Shown: piece after piece, positions 29,901 to 40,479 of the stretch
Layout of the letters: every line of letters begins with the position of its first letter
Numbering within the stretch: the stretch's first letter is position 1
NCBI GenBank assembly: GCA_963836075.1
Contig: CAWIIB010000009.1
Span: 3,360,001-3,424,000 of the forward strand
Direction of reading: 5' to 3'
Length of the DNA: 64,000 nucleotides
From: an uncultured Acidobacteriota bacterium
GTDB taxonomy: Bacteria; Acidobacteriota; JAQAZP01
The notes under the pieces: model-generated
The model's input: the letters and a program-made list of their open reading frames with translations, nothing else
Told to the model about the DNA's origin: nothing
Databases searched by the model: none
Translations under genes and position numbers: made by a program

Positions 29901-31045
29901 GACATGTGCTCCATAAGTGCGGTGTGGATCTCGTCCACGGTGTGCACCACCCCGCCGATCTTGGACAGGCTGCGCACCGGGCAGCCGGCGAACCGTTCCA
30001 GCTCGCGGGAGAGCTGGCCCAGGTTCATTTCGGGCACCAGCACCAGGTCGACATCGGCCAGCAGCTGGGTGATCGCCGGGCCGGGGAAGGGCCAGACATT
30101 GACCAGCCGGATGAACCCGGCCGGATGGCCGGCGGCCCGGGCCCTTTCCACGGCACCAAGGGCCGGCCGGGCGGTGGCGCCGAGGGAGACCACCGCCACC
30201 CGGGCGCCGTCCATCTGCCGCACGTCGAGGCGGGTCAATTCCCCGCGGGCCGAGGTGAGCTTCTCGTTGAGGCGCAGCACCAGTTCCTCGTGCACCTCCC
30301 TGGTGCTCACGTCGCGGATGCCGTCCGCCTTGTGTGTCGAGCCGGTGATGTGCACGTTCAGGCGGTCGCCGATCTGGGCCATGGGCGGCACCAGGGTTCC
30401 GCCGAAGGCCAGGTCGCCCTCTCTGGCCCGGGGCCGCGGGGCGATGTCCGCGTCGGTGTAGTCGGGGTAGGTCAGCGGCTCGCGGATGTGGCCCACCGCG
30501 CCGTCCATCAAAACGATCACCGGGGTGCGGTATTGTTCAGAAAGGGCGAAGCTGTCGCGCACCAGGTCGAAGCACTCCTGCACCGACCAGGGGCAGACGG
30601 CGATGATCTCGTGGTCCCCGTGGGTGCCCCAGCGGGCCTGCATGATGTCGCCCTGGGCCGGCTTGGTGGCCTGGCCGGTGGAGGGGCCCGAGCGCTGCAC
30701 GTCCACCACCACGCAGGGTGTCTCGGTCATCACCGCGTAGCCCACGGCCTCCTGCATCAACGAGAAACCGGGCCCGCTGGTGGCGGTCATGGAGCGTGCA
30801 CCGCACCAGGCCGCGCCGACGATGCCGGAGATACTGGCGATCTCGTCCTCGAACTGCACGTAGTAGCCGCCCACCCGGGGCAGTTCCCGGGCCATTACCT
30901 CGGCGATCTCCGAGGCCGGGGTGATGGGGTAGCCGCCGAAAAAGCTGCAGCCGGAGAAGACGGCGCCCAGGGCCGCGGCCTCGTCACCCATGACGAATTC
31001 GGTGCGGCCGGCGAAACGACTCAGATACTGCTCGCGCACGCTCAT
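29897..31045 (-). CDS. korA: 2-oxoacid:ferredoxin oxidoreductase alpha subunit
   Basis: GYPITPASE, EDEIAS, TATSGPGFSLMQE, QRSGPSTG. Confidence 0.9.
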   Translation of the reverse strand: MSVREQYLSRFAGRTEFVMGDEAAALGAVFSGCSFFGGYPITPASEIAEVMARELPRVGGYYVQFEDEIASISGIVGAAWCGARSMTATSGPGFSLMQEAVGYAVMTETPCVVVDVQRSGPSTGQATKPAQGDIMQARWGTHGDHEIIAVCPWSVQECFDLVRDSFALSEQYRTPVIVLMDGAVGHIREPLTYPDYTDADIAPRPRAREGDLAFGGTLVPPMAQIGDRLNVHITGSTHKADGIRDVSTREVHEELVLRLNEKLTSARGELTRLDVRQMDGARVAVVSLGATARPALGAVERARAAGHPAGFIRLVNVWPFPGPAITQLLADVDLVLVPEMNLGQLSRELERFAGCPVRSLSKIGGVVHTVDEIHTALMEHMS

Positions 31046-31302
31046 GACGCACCTCCTTCTCCCTGGTCTTCCAGCACGGCGATGGCCAGTTGCGGGCAGC
31101 CCAGTTCGCAGAGCGTGCAGCCGGTGCAGGCCCCGGGCTCTTCCGGCACGGCCGGAAAGACCCCCCGCCGGCTCAGCTCCGGGCTGAGACGGAAGACCGC
31201 CGGTTTGCAGAAGAAGATGCAGACGCCGCAGCCGTCACACAGCTCGGCGTCAACGTGCACCTGGTAGTGCCGCTTCATTTTCTCGGTTTTCTCCGTGGTC
31301 AT
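31042..31302 (-). CDS. korD: 2[4Fe-4S] ferredoxin delta subunit
   Basis: CDGCGVC...C and CTGCTLCELGCP. Confidence 0.85.
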   Translation of the reverse strand: MTTEKTEKMKRHYQVHVDAELCDGCGVCIFFCKPAVFRLSPELSRRGVFPAVPEEPGACTGCTLCELGCPQLAIAVLEDQGEGGAS

Positions 31303-31515
31303 GGTGTCCGTTCTGTTTCAGCGATGCGGGTTTCCCTAATCAACGACGGAATCGCTGGCCCCTTTTTAGCTGACCGGGCCTTGTTCGTCAAGGGACGGCG
31401 CCGGCAGCGCCAGGCGGTTCAGGGTCGGTGGTTGCCTGACGGGCCCGGTTCAGGTGATGATAGTGACACCGGAGAGGAACATTCCAGGGACGGAGAAACA
31501 GGGGAGGGGAACGGC

Positions 31516-31936
31516 ATGAAATCGATCTATCTCTGCGGTCCGATCATGGACGAGCACCAGGGCGAGGCCCGCAGGTGGCGGGAGACTGCCAAAGCTGATC
31601 TGGGCGATGCGTTCAGGCTGCTCGACCCCATGCGGCGGAATTTCAGGGACCGGGAGGTGGACTCGGCCAACGAGATCGTCGAGTTCGACCTCCAGGACAT
31701 CCGCGACGCCGAGATCATCCTGGTCAACTACGGCAAACCGAGCATCGGCACCTGCGATGGAGGTCTTCTACGCCAGCCACGACCAGAAGAAGTTCGTGGT
31801 GGCCTTCTCGCCCTTCGGCTTCCAGGACTGCTCGCCCTGGATGGTCCGTTACTGCACCAAGATCCTCCCCTCGCTGGAGGAGGCCTGCGACTACATCCGC
31901 CGGCATTTCGGCGAAAATCCCGGAGAGGTTCCGTGA
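31516..31936 (+). CDS. Nucleoside 2-deoxyribosyltransferase-like protein, apparent +1 frameshift at ~31753
   Basis: IYLCGPI...DP...DL.DI..A.IILV...SIGT joins AMEVFYA in the next frame (the family GTxxE motif). Confidence 0.7.
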
Positions 31937-31968
31937 CAAGGGCGCAACCGGTCAGCATCACCGATACA

Positions 31969-33225
31969 TCAGAACCGGAGCACCAGCCAGATCACCGGAA
32001 CATGGAGCAAGGCCAGCATTCCGAACCGGATGGCGGTGCTGCGCCAGGCCGTTCGGGCGAGGAAGGCGAAATATCCGCCTTTGACCAGCGTGTTGCTCAT
32101 CATCGCCACCAGGATGGCCATGACGGTCATGGGAATCTGGCCCTCCGGACGCACGACCCGGACCAGGGAGAGGATGTAGGGGTCGATGTCGGTCACGCCG
32201 ACAATCGCGGAGAGACCGAGCAGGCCGGCATTGCCGAAGTTCTGCTCGATAAGTACGGTGGCGACGGAGAGCGCCACGAACACGAGGGCGAAGAGCAGGG
32301 CCGGCCTGATCTCGAAGGGGTTTTGCAGGTTGTTGATCTGCTCCGTGTCGGCGGGTTTACCCCCCTTCCCGGACCAGAAGGAGAGCAGGGCGCCGGCCAG
32401 GGCGAGAACCGCCAACGGCCACCAGAGGAATGGCACCACGCTGCGGTTGATGATCCAGACCAATACCAGGACCCGGAGATACATCACGCTGCTGGCCAGC
32501 AGGGCTGCCTGAAGGGCGTTGTTCGCCCGATTTTCATCATGCTGGACCAGCCGGCCCATGGCGATGGCTACTGCGGTGCTGGAGACCACGCCCCCGAGCA
32601 AGCCGGCGAGCCACAGCCCATAGCGGGCGCCGAACTTTTTCACCAGGAAGTAACCGACGAACCCCACGGTGGAAACAAGGATTACGATCTGCCAGATCCG
32701 TGCGGGATTAAGCTGGAACCTGGTGAAGGACTCGTTGGGCAGGGCGGGGAGAATGATCACGGTGACGATGAGGAATTTGAGAACAGCGAGGAACTCCGCC
32801 TTGTCCAGCCGTTCGACAAACCGCTCCAGCCCCGCCTTTTCGGTGAGGAGCAGCGTGTTGACCACCGCCAGTGTCACCGGCACCCAGATGTCGGTGATCA
32901 GGGCCAGGGCGCCGGTGATGTAGGTCAGTGCGGCGGCGATTTCACTGGTCCAGCCGGCCTGCCCCTCCCTGATCCGGGCCATGTAGCCGGCCACGGCCAG
33001 GGCGGTCACGGTGAGCAGGCCCAGGGGCAGGGCTGAGGGGATACCGGACTGGTGGAGCCAGGCACAGCCGAATCCGAACAGGCTGATGATGGTGTAGGTG
33101 CGTACGCCGATCAGGATACGCCTGTTGTCCCGCAGCTTGACACTTTCGCGTTCGAGACCAACCAGCAGGCCGAGACCCAGCGCCACGAGAAAGCGGAGCT
33201 CAAATGTCCATTCGAGGTTTCCCAT
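31969..33225 (-). CDS. MgtC/SapB-DUF4010 membrane protein
   Basis: LGLLVGLERE, GVRTY, GGVVSSTA, TDID; many TM helices. Confidence 0.85.
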   Translation of the reverse strand: MGNLEWTFELRFLVALGLGLLVGLERESVKLRDNRRILIGVRTYTIISLFGFGCAWLHQSGIPSALPLGLLTVTALAVAGYMARIREGQAGWTSEIAAALTYITGALALITDIWVPVTLAVVNTLLLTEKAGLERFVERLDKAEFLAVLKFLIVTVIILPALPNESFTRFQLNPARIWQIVILVSTVGFVGYFLVKKFGARYGLWLAGLLGGVVSSTAVAIAMGRLVQHDENRANNALQAALLASSVMYLRVLVLVWIINRSVVPFLWWPLAVLALAGALLSFWSGKGGKPADTEQINNLQNPFEIRPALLFALVFVALSVATVLIEQNFGNAGLLGLSAIVGVTDIDPYILSLVRVVRPEGQIPMTVMAILVAMMSNTLVKGGYFAFLARTAWRSTAIRFGMLALLHVPVIWLVLRF

Positions 33226-33408
33226 CGCAATACCTTTCCGGCTGGCGGCGTCTGACGGGACGGCAACCTTTGCTTATTGTAACAGCAACCGCGGACGGGA
33301 AAAATAGAACGTTTGCTGCGTTCCTGTTTTCGGATGTAACATGGCGAGTGTGATCGATTCACGTGCCCTGATAACGATGCCATCACTGTTGCCGGGAGAA
33401 TTCCGTCG

Positions 33409-35493
33409 ATGGCCGTCCACCTCACCGCCTGCCCGAGAAATTGCTACAGCACCTGCGCCATGAAGGTGACGGTGGAGGAGGGGCGGCTCACCGCGGTGGA
33501 GCCCCACCCGGGCAACCGGGCCACGGCCGAAGGCCCATGCCTCAAGGGGCTGAGCTACGTGGAGCGGCAGCACAGCCCCGACAGGCTGCTCCACCCCCTG
33601 CGGCGGCAGCCTGACGGTTCATTGGTGCAGGTGGGCTGGGACGAGGCGCTGGACGCGGTGGCCCGGCAGCTGCGATCGGTGCTCGAGACCTACGGTCCCC
33701 GGGCGGTCCTGCACTACGCCGGCAGCGGCACCAAGGGTCTGCTCAACGAGTGCAGTCTCGCCTTCTGGCGCCGTTTCGGCGGCTGCACCACCACCTACGG
33801 CGACCTCTGCTGGCCGGCGGGGCTGGAAGCCGCCCGGCTGACCCTCGGCGAGAACATCCACAACGCCCCCTGGGATCTGGCCAATGCCCGGCTCATCGTG
33901 CTCTGGGGCAAGAACCCGGCGGAGACCAATATCCACCAGCAGATCTTCATCAACCAGGCGCTGGATGAAGGCGCCCGGCTGGTGGTGGTCGACCCGCGGC
34001 GCACCGAGAGCGCCGAACGGGCCCAATTGCTCATCCAGCCCAAACCGGGCACCGACGGCTTCCTCGCCCTGGCCGTGGCCAAACTGCTGGTGGAAAGGGG
34101 AGGGGTGGACGAAGAGTTCGTCCACCGGCACGTCCTCGGATTCGACCGCTTCGCTGCCATGGTGCGGGAGATCGATCTCGAAGAAGTGGTCCGAACCTGC
34201 GGGGTGCCGGTGCCGGCCATGGAGACGCTGGCCGGCCTGTTCGCCCGTGTCCATCCGGCAACCATCTGCGCCGGCTACGGCATGCAGCGCTACACCAACA
34301 GCGGCCAGACCATGCGGGCGCTGCTTTCGCTGCCGGTGATCACCGGCAACATCGGCAAGCCGGGCGGGGGATGGGTCTACGCCAACCTGCAGACCCATGT
34401 ATTCGGCGGCCCCCGGGACCCGGTGGCCTGTTTTCCGCCGGAAACGGACGACGGCCCGTTGAGGGTCTCGGTCTCCACTGCCCGGCTGGGCCGGGACATG
34501 CTCGAGCAGCGCGACCCGCCGCTGAAACTGGCCTGGGTGGAGCGGGGCAACCCCCTGGCCCAGAACCCGGAGACAGGCAAGGTGCGCGAAGCCTTTCGGG
34601 CCCTCGATTTCCGGGTGGTGGTGGACCAGTTCCTCACCGACACCGCCCGTGAGGCCGATCTGGTGCTGCCGGCCAAAACCATGTTCGAGCAGACCGATGT
34701 CATCGGCGCATACTGGCACCACTATCTCCAGCTGCGGCCGGGAATTATCGACCTGCCCGGTGAGGTGCGGCCGGAGACGGAGATCTTCCGCGACCTGGCC
34801 CGCCGGCTTGGTATGGACGGACCGGGGCCGGGAGGAAAAGACCTGGACCAGGAGATCCCCGGGCCAGGTGACCGTGAAGTTCGGGCCTGGCTGGAGAAGC
34901 GGCTTGATCCCCTCGGGCTTTCCCTGACCGATTTTGACGACGGACCGGTGTTGGCGCCCGGCTCAGTGGAAGTGGCTTTCAGTGACGGCGTGTTCCCCAC
35001 GCCATCGGGAAAGATCGAACTCTACTCTGAAGAGGCCGTGAGTCGCTGGGGTGTGGACCCACTGCCGCGCTGTTCCCTGCCCTTGGAGACGGCGTCCCGC
35101 CCGCAGAGTAATCAAGAGACGCCGCTCCAACTGCTCACCCCGAACACGAAGAACCGCATCCACTCACAGTTCGGCAACCTGGAGCTGATCAAGGCCCGGG
35201 AGCCCGGGCCTGAGCTGCAGATCCATCCCGACGATGCCGCGGCCCGGTCCATTGGTCCCGGCGACCGGGTGCGGGTGTTCAACGAGCGGGGCGACTTTAA
35301 CCTGCCCGCGCGAGTGGACGCCGGCATCCGCCGGGGCTGTGTGGCTGTGCCCAACGGCTGGTGGGGCGAGGAAGGCGGTCCGGTGAACCTCACCTCCATG
35401 GGGCGCGAGACCGACATGGCCCACGGCGCGGCCTTTCACGACAACCTGGTGCAGGTGGTTCGGGAAACGAAAGCAGGGAAGGGACGGCGATGA
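33409..35493 (+). CDS. Molybdopterin-dependent oxidoreductase catalytic subunit
   Basis: CPRNCYSTC...CLKG Fe-S motif, WGKNPAET, TDTAREADLVLPA, C-terminal molydop-binding domain. No Tat signal. Confidence 0.9.
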   Translation: MAVHLTACPRNCYSTCAMKVTVEEGRLTAVEPHPGNRATAEGPCLKGLSYVERQHSPDRLLHPLRRQPDGSLVQVGWDEALDAVARQLRSVLETYGPRAVLHYAGSGTKGLLNECSLAFWRRFGGCTTTYGDLCWPAGLEAARLTLGENIHNAPWDLANARLIVLWGKNPAETNIHQQIFINQALDEGARLVVVDPRRTESAERAQLLIQPKPGTDGFLALAVAKLLVERGGVDEEFVHRHVLGFDRFAAMVREIDLEEVVRTCGVPVPAMETLAGLFARVHPATICAGYGMQRYTNSGQTMRALLSLPVITGNIGKPGGGWVYANLQTHVFGGPRDPVACFPPETDDGPLRVSVSTARLGRDMLEQRDPPLKLAWVERGNPLAQNPETGKVREAFRALDFRVVVDQFLTDTAREADLVLPAKTMFEQTDVIGAYWHHYLQLRPGIIDLPGEVRPETEIFRDLARRLGMDGPGPGGKDLDQEIPGPGDREVRAWLEKRLDPLGLSLTDFDDGPVLAPGSVEVAFSDGVFPTPSGKIELYSEEAVSRWGVDPLPRCSLPLETASRPQSNQETPLQLLTPNTKNRIHSQFGNLELIKAREPGPELQIHPDDAAARSIGPGDRVRVFNERGDFNLPARVDAGIRRGCVAVPNGWWGEEGGPVNLTSMGRETDMAHGAAFHDNLVQVVRETKAGKGRR

Positions 35494-36830
35494 GCGGCCA
35501 GGGCGCATTCGTCATCGATCTCAATCGCTGCACCGGCTGCCGGGCCTGCGAACTGGCCTGTGTGATCGCCAACCAGCTGCCGGCGGACAGCACCTGGCGC
35601 GGAGTCCGCAAGTTCAACGAAATGCATATCCCCGGGGTGGAGTCCTTTCACCTCTCCCTGGCCTGCAACCACTGCTCAAAGGCTCCCTGCATGGAGCAGT
35701 GCCCGGCCCGGGCCTACCACCGTGACCCGCAGACCGGCGCGGTGCTGATCGACGACATGAAATGTATCGGCTGCGGCTACTGTGCCTGGGTCTGTCCCTG
35801 GGATGCTCCCCGAATGGACGAAAAACGGGGTGTGATGACCAAGTGCACCTTCTGCCATGAACGGCTGGAGCAGGGGAGGGAGCCGGCCTGTGTCATTGGC
35901 TGTCCCACCGCCGCCCTGGGCTGGACCGAGCGAGAAGAGGGGCAGCCACTGCCACAGGTCCCTGGATTTGCCGATGCCGACACCGGTCCCGCCGTGCACC
36001 TGGTGCCTCTCCTCGATACTCGCCGGCTGCCCGAGATAGCCGAACCGCCGGCCATGCCTCCATGGCGGGAGGCTTTTCAGCGGCTGGCACCCCGTATCAC
36101 TCTGGCGGCGGAGTGGCCCCTGGCGCTGTTCACCTTCCTGCTGTCGCTGTTGGCCGGGTTTTTTGCCGCAGCGCAACTCGGCGCCCCGGCCCTGGACTGG
36201 CGGCTCTTCGCCGGCATCGGCCTGATTGGTTTGCTGTTCAGCACGGCCCACCTGGGGCGCAAGGGACGGGCCTGGCGAGCCGGCCTGCACGCCGATGCCT
36301 CGTGGCTCAGCCGGGAAGTGCTGCTCTATGGTGGTTTCCTTGCCTCGGGGACTGCGGCGCTGTGCACCTGGAGCGGTTTGTCCTGGCTGGGCTGGATCGC
36401 GGCCCCACTGGGCCTCGGTGCCGCCCTGGCCGGAGACATGGTCTACCGCGTGGCCCGGGGGCGGGGCTCGGGGCCGCTGCACAGCGCACTGATCCTGCCC
36501 ACGGCGCTGCTGATCACCGCCGCCTGGGGCGGGGCCTTGCGCGCGGCGCTGATCATCTCCACGCTGAAGATGGCCCTCTACGTGGCGCGCAAGGTGTCGC
36601 GGCGGCGCCAGGGTCTCGACGTGCGGCCAATGGCCACCCTGCTGCGTATCACGCTGCTGTCGTCCGGGACTGTCTGGCTGGCCCTTGAACCGGGGCCGTC
36701 TCCTGTGGCCGCGCTGCTGCTCATTGCCGCATCGGAGTTGGTGGACCGCCTCGAATACTACGACGAACTGGAGATCCCCACTCCTGCCTCGCTGATGCTC
36801 GATGGCCTGGAAGCAAGAGCGCTGCAATAG
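35490..36830 (+). CDS. DmsB-like 4Fe-4S protein fused to DmsC-like membrane anchor
   Basis: Four Cys clusters (CTGCRAC, CNHC..PC..CP, CIGCGYC, KCTFC), then EWPL..FT, HLGR, SWLSRE and TM helices. Confidence 0.85.
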   Translation: MSGQGAFVIDLNRCTGCRACELACVIANQLPADSTWRGVRKFNEMHIPGVESFHLSLACNHCSKAPCMEQCPARAYHRDPQTGAVLIDDMKCIGCGYCAWVCPWDAPRMDEKRGVMTKCTFCHERLEQGREPACVIGCPTAALGWTEREEGQPLPQVPGFADADTGPAVHLVPLLDTRRLPEIAEPPAMPPWREAFQRLAPRITLAAEWPLALFTFLLSLLAGFFAAAQLGAPALDWRLFAGIGLIGLLFSTAHLGRKGRAWRAGLHADASWLSREVLLYGGFLASGTAALCTWSGLSWLGWIAAPLGLGAALAGDMVYRVARGRGSGPLHSALILPTALLITAAWGGALRAALIISTLKMALYVARKVSRRRQGLDVRPMATLLRITLLSSGTVWLALEPGPSPVAALLLIAASELVDRLEYYDELEIPTPASLMLDGLEARALQ

Positions 36831-36891
36831 AGCGGGTCCGGCGTTGATCCTTTACAACTCCATGGTCAAATGCGGCGGCGACGACAGGCGC

Positions 36892-37719
36892 TCAGCCGTC
36901 CAGCAGCCCTTTCCCGGTGGCCCAGGCGGTGAAGCCGTCCTCCAGCTGTTCGAAGGAGTCGATGACGTAGAGCAGCGGCTGCATGTGCCAGACGTCGTAT
37001 TCCTGCTCGGCAATGACCTCGGGGACAAAGGGCTGTTTCTTCACCTGGTCGGTGAGGCTGTGTTGCACCTCGGCAAAGGAGGAGAGGATGCCGTTGCCGT
37101 AGATCCGCATCCCGTCAGCTGTGCCGATCAGGCCGAACTCCACGGTGAACCAGTAGATCCGCTCCAGCCGCCGGCGGTCATCGCCCCGGGCGGCCATGGC
37201 CGCCTGGCCCATCTTCTGATAGAAGTCGGCGAACACCGGGTTGGTGATCATCGGCATATGGCCGAATACGTCGTGGAACATGTCCGGGGCCGGGGTGTAG
37301 TCCAGTTCCTTCCGTGAGCGGATATAGTCGGTGGAAGGGAAGACGCGGTCGGCCAGCTGGGAGAAAAACTCCTCCTCGTGGAGCAGGCCGGGGGTCCGGG
37401 AGACCCGCCAGTTCACCGCCTTTTCCAGGCTGCGGCTGGAGTCGGCGAGGCTGGGAATGCGGTCATCGGGGAAGGCCATGATTTTCAGGCCGTCCATATA
37501 CTCCTGGCAGCCACGCCCCACCAGCAGTTCCTGCTGCCGGGCGAAAAGGGTCTTCCAGATGTCGTGTTCGTCGTCTGTATAATCGGGGTACGGGATCTGG
37601 TCGCCAACCGGAGGCGGCCCGTCCAGTTTTACCGGGATACAGCGTGGGTCGAGAGCGTCGTCGGACGCCTTGTCGAATGCCGAGCGCAGTTCGCCCGTTT
37701 CTTCTGTCTTGTTTTTCAT
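36892..37719 (-). CDS. phhA: Phenylalanine 4-monooxygenase
   Basis: YTPAPDMFHDVFGHMP, YWFTVEFGL, YGNGILSS. Confidence 0.9.
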   Translation of the reverse strand: MKNKTEETGELRSAFDKASDDALDPRCIPVKLDGPPPVGDQIPYPDYTDDEHDIWKTLFARQQELLVGRGCQEYMDGLKIMAFPDDRIPSLADSSRSLEKAVNWRVSRTPGLLHEEEFFSQLADRVFPSTDYIRSRKELDYTPAPDMFHDVFGHMPMITNPVFADFYQKMGQAAMAARGDDRRRLERIYWFTVEFGLIGTADGMRIYGNGILSSFAEVQHSLTDQVKKQPFVPEVIAEQEYDVWHMQPLLYVIDSFEQLEDGFTAWATGKGLLDG

Positions 37720-37729
37720 TTGATCCTCC

Positions 37730-38350
37730 TCAGGGTCCTTCGGGACGTCCCAGCTCGAACATGCTGCCGGCGGTGACGTGGGTGTAGTAGTCGGCCCCGC
37801 AGCGGCCCACCTGGTCGAGCTTCACCGGGTCGGGCATGCCGTCGGTGAGCACGGCGTCGTCAACGTGAATGTGGACGATCTCGCCGATGATGTAACTGGA
37901 GGCCAGCGCCCCCTGGCCATGCTCCACCACCTGGAAGAGACGGCACTCCATGGCCACCGGGCTTTCCTCCACCCGTGGCGCGGCAACCACCCGGCTGGTG
38001 GCCCGGTGCAGACCGGCCTGGTCGAACTCGTCCACTCCACGGGCGTAGGTCCAGGATGACTGGTTGACCTTTTCCGCCATGGGCCGGGTGACGACGTTGA
38101 TCACGTATTCCTTTGTCTCGCGGATATTGAGCAGGGAGTCCTTCGCTTTGCCGTGACGGTCGTTCAGGGGGCAGAAGACCGCTGAAGGCGGATTGGCCCC
38201 GCCAAGGCTGAAGAAACTGAAGGGGGCGAGATTTCCCAGGCCGTTGCTGTCCAGCGAACTGACCAGGGCGATGGGCCGCGGGGCCACCAGCCGGTTGAGC
38301 AGCAGGTAACGGTCGCGGATCTCGAGGTCTTTCATCGGGTATTCGGTCAT
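37730..38350 (-). CDS. Flavin reductase-like family protein
   Basis: PRPIALVSS..NLAPFSFF, KDSLLNI. Confidence 0.85.
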   Translation of the reverse strand: MTEYPMKDLEIRDRYLLLNRLVAPRPIALVSSLDSNGLGNLAPFSFFSLGGANPPSAVFCPLNDRHGKAKDSLLNIRETKEYVINVVTRPMAEKVNQSSWTYARGVDEFDQAGLHRATSRVVAAPRVEESPVAMECRLFQVVEHGQGALASSYIIGEIVHIHVDDAVLTDGMPDPVKLDQVGRCGADYYTHVTAGSMFELGRPEGP

Positions 38351-38353
38351 CGC

Positions 38354-39508
38354 TCACTCCGCCCAGGACTTGTAGTAGTCCCGGTCCTCGATCTCCAGCG
38401 CCGCCTTGGCCACCTGGAGCGGCTTGAAGGTGTCCACCATCAGGGCCAGTTCCTCGGTTCTTTTTTTGCCCATGCTCCCTTCGTAGCGGCCGGGGTGCGG
38501 GCCGTGGGGCATGCCGTCGGGATGCAGGGTGATCGAGCCGTGCTCGATGCCCTTGCGGCTCATGAAGTTCTTGCTCAGGTAGTAGAGCACCTCGTCGGTC
38601 ATCACGTTGGAGTGGGCGTAGGGCGCCGGGATCGACTCGGGGTGGAAGTCATAGGGCCGCGGGACAAAGGCGCAGACCACGAAACCGTCACCCTGGAAGG
38701 TCTGGTGCACCGGCGGCGGCTGGTGGATCATCCCCACGATCGGTTCGAAGTCGTGGATGTTGAAGGCCCAGGGGTAGTAGTACCCGTCCCAGCCGACCAC
38801 GTCGAAGGGGTGGTGGTCGAGCAGTGACTCGGTGAGGCCGCCGCGCTGCTTGACCACCATCCGGAACTCGCCCGTCTCGTCATGGGTCTGCAGCTCTTCC
38901 GGCCGGCGGATGTCCCGCTCGCTGAACGGCGCCCCCTCCACCAGTTGGCCATACTCGTTGCGGTACCGCGCGGGGGTGCGGACGTAGCCGCGGCTCTCGG
39001 TGATGAAAAAGGTCTGCGGGACGTCATCAAGCTTGAAGCGGTGCAGAATGCCGCGGTGGATCAACAGGTGGTCGCCCTCGCGGTAGGGCAGGTCGCCGAA
39101 CTGGGACTGCAGGACGCCGCTGCCCTCGGTGACGTAGACGATTTCGTCGGCCAGGCCGTTGCGGTAGAAGTGCTCGTCCTGGCGGTCCGGGCTGACGTGC
39201 TGCAGGGCCACGTCGCTGTTGAAGAGCAGCGCGGTGCGGTCCAGGGTGGGGCTGCCGCCGCGCGGGAGGCGGCCGCTGCGGAAGTGGCGCAGCCGCAGGG
39301 CCGGGTCGGGGTCGGCTTCCCAGACCACCGGGCCCAGGTGGCGCACCGCGATCACCGAGGTGGGCGGGCGGAGATGGTAGAGCAGCGAGGCCGGGCCGGT
39401 GAAGCCCTTGTTGCCCATCAGCTGTTCCTGGTGGATTCCGCCGTCCGCCTTGCGGAGTGCGGTGTGCCGCTTGGGCGGCAGCATGCCCAGCCGGTGATAC
39501 CACGGCAT
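38354..39508 (-). CDS. hmgA: Homogentisate 1,2-dioxygenase
   Basis: P.KRH, HPFDVVGWDG, HQPPPVH, PYAHSN..DEV, LHPDGMPHGPHPG. Confidence 0.9.
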   Translation of the reverse strand: MPWYHRLGMLPPKRHTALRKADGGIHQEQLMGNKGFTGPASLLYHLRPPTSVIAVRHLGPVVWEADPDPALRLRHFRSGRLPRGGSPTLDRTALLFNSDVALQHVSPDRQDEHFYRNGLADEIVYVTEGSGVLQSQFGDLPYREGDHLLIHRGILHRFKLDDVPQTFFITESRGYVRTPARYRNEYGQLVEGAPFSERDIRRPEELQTHDETGEFRMVVKQRGGLTESLLDHHPFDVVGWDGYYYPWAFNIHDFEPIVGMIHQPPPVHQTFQGDGFVVCAFVPRPYDFHPESIPAPYAHSNVMTDEVLYYLSKNFMSRKGIEHGSITLHPDGMPHGPHPGRYEGSMGKKRTEELALMVDTFKPLQVAKAALEIEDRDYYKSWAE

Positions 39509-39510
39509 GG

Positions 39511-40477
39511 TCAGTTCTCCTCTGCAGATGGTGCCACGATGCTGTTGGTCAGGGTGCCCAGAAGGTCGATCTCCAGTTCCACCACGTCCCCCGCGGTGAG
39601 CCAGCCGTCCACCGTGTCCGGGCCCAGCTCGAGGATGCAACCGGTGCCCACGGTGCCGCTGCCGATGACGTCACCCGGATAGAGGGTGACATTGCTGCTG
39701 GCCCGTTCGATCATCTCGCCGAAGGAGTAGTGGATGTCCTTCCAGTTGCCGCGGGAATAGACCCGGCCGTTGACCCGGGCGGTCATGCCCAGGTCGAACC
39801 CCTTGCCCGAACGGAACGGTTCCAGCTCGTCCGGGGTGACCAGCAGCGGGCCGATGCTGGTGGCAAAGTCCTTGCCCTTGGCCGGGCCCAGTCCCACCTT
39901 CATCTCCTCGCGCTGGGCGTCGCGCAGCGACCAGTCGTTCATCACCATGTAGCCGGTGATGTGGCGCTCCGCCTCGCTGGCCCGGATGTCGCGGCCCGGT
40001 GTGCCGATCACCGCGGCCACCTCCAGCTCGTAGTCCAGCCACTGGCCGCCGGCGGGGAAGGGCAGTGGATCGCCGTGGCCCAGCATCGCCGTGTGGTTGC
40101 TGAAGTAGAAGACAGGGAAGTGGTACCACTCGGGGATCATCTCCAGGCCCCTGCGGCCGCGAGCCGTCTTGACGTGGGCCTCGAAGGCGTAGAAGTCGCG
40201 CAGGCTGGCCGCGGGAAGCACCGGCGGCAGAAAGCGGAGGCCGCCGGGGTCGAGGGCCGAGTCGGCCCGGAACAGTTGCGGGCCCGACATTGCGCATCCG
40301 GGTGGTGAACCCCTCCAGCAGCGGCAGCGCGGCCGGGTCGATGGGACCGGAGAGCCGGGTGGCTCCCTCGTGATCCGGGCCTGCCGGCATGGTGGCCAGG
40401 GGATAGACAAGGCCTTCGTGCATCACTCCGGCCCGCGCGCCCCCTCCGTCCAGCTTTTCGTAGTTGCAGTATCTCAT
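39511..40477 (-). CDS. Fumarylacetoacetate hydrolase family protein, apparent +1 frameshift at ~40280
   Basis: RDFYAFEAH, LDYELE, NDWSLRDAQ, KGKDF, GDVIGSGT. The N-terminus lies in the adjacent frame starting at 40477. Confidence 0.8.
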
Positions 40478-40479
40478 GA

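Noticed and set aside
31090-33036. 648-aa plus-strand ORF
   Set aside because: Only 31516-31752 is real (the NDT-like N-terminus). The rest is frameshift read-through antisense to the MgtC/DUF4010 gene.
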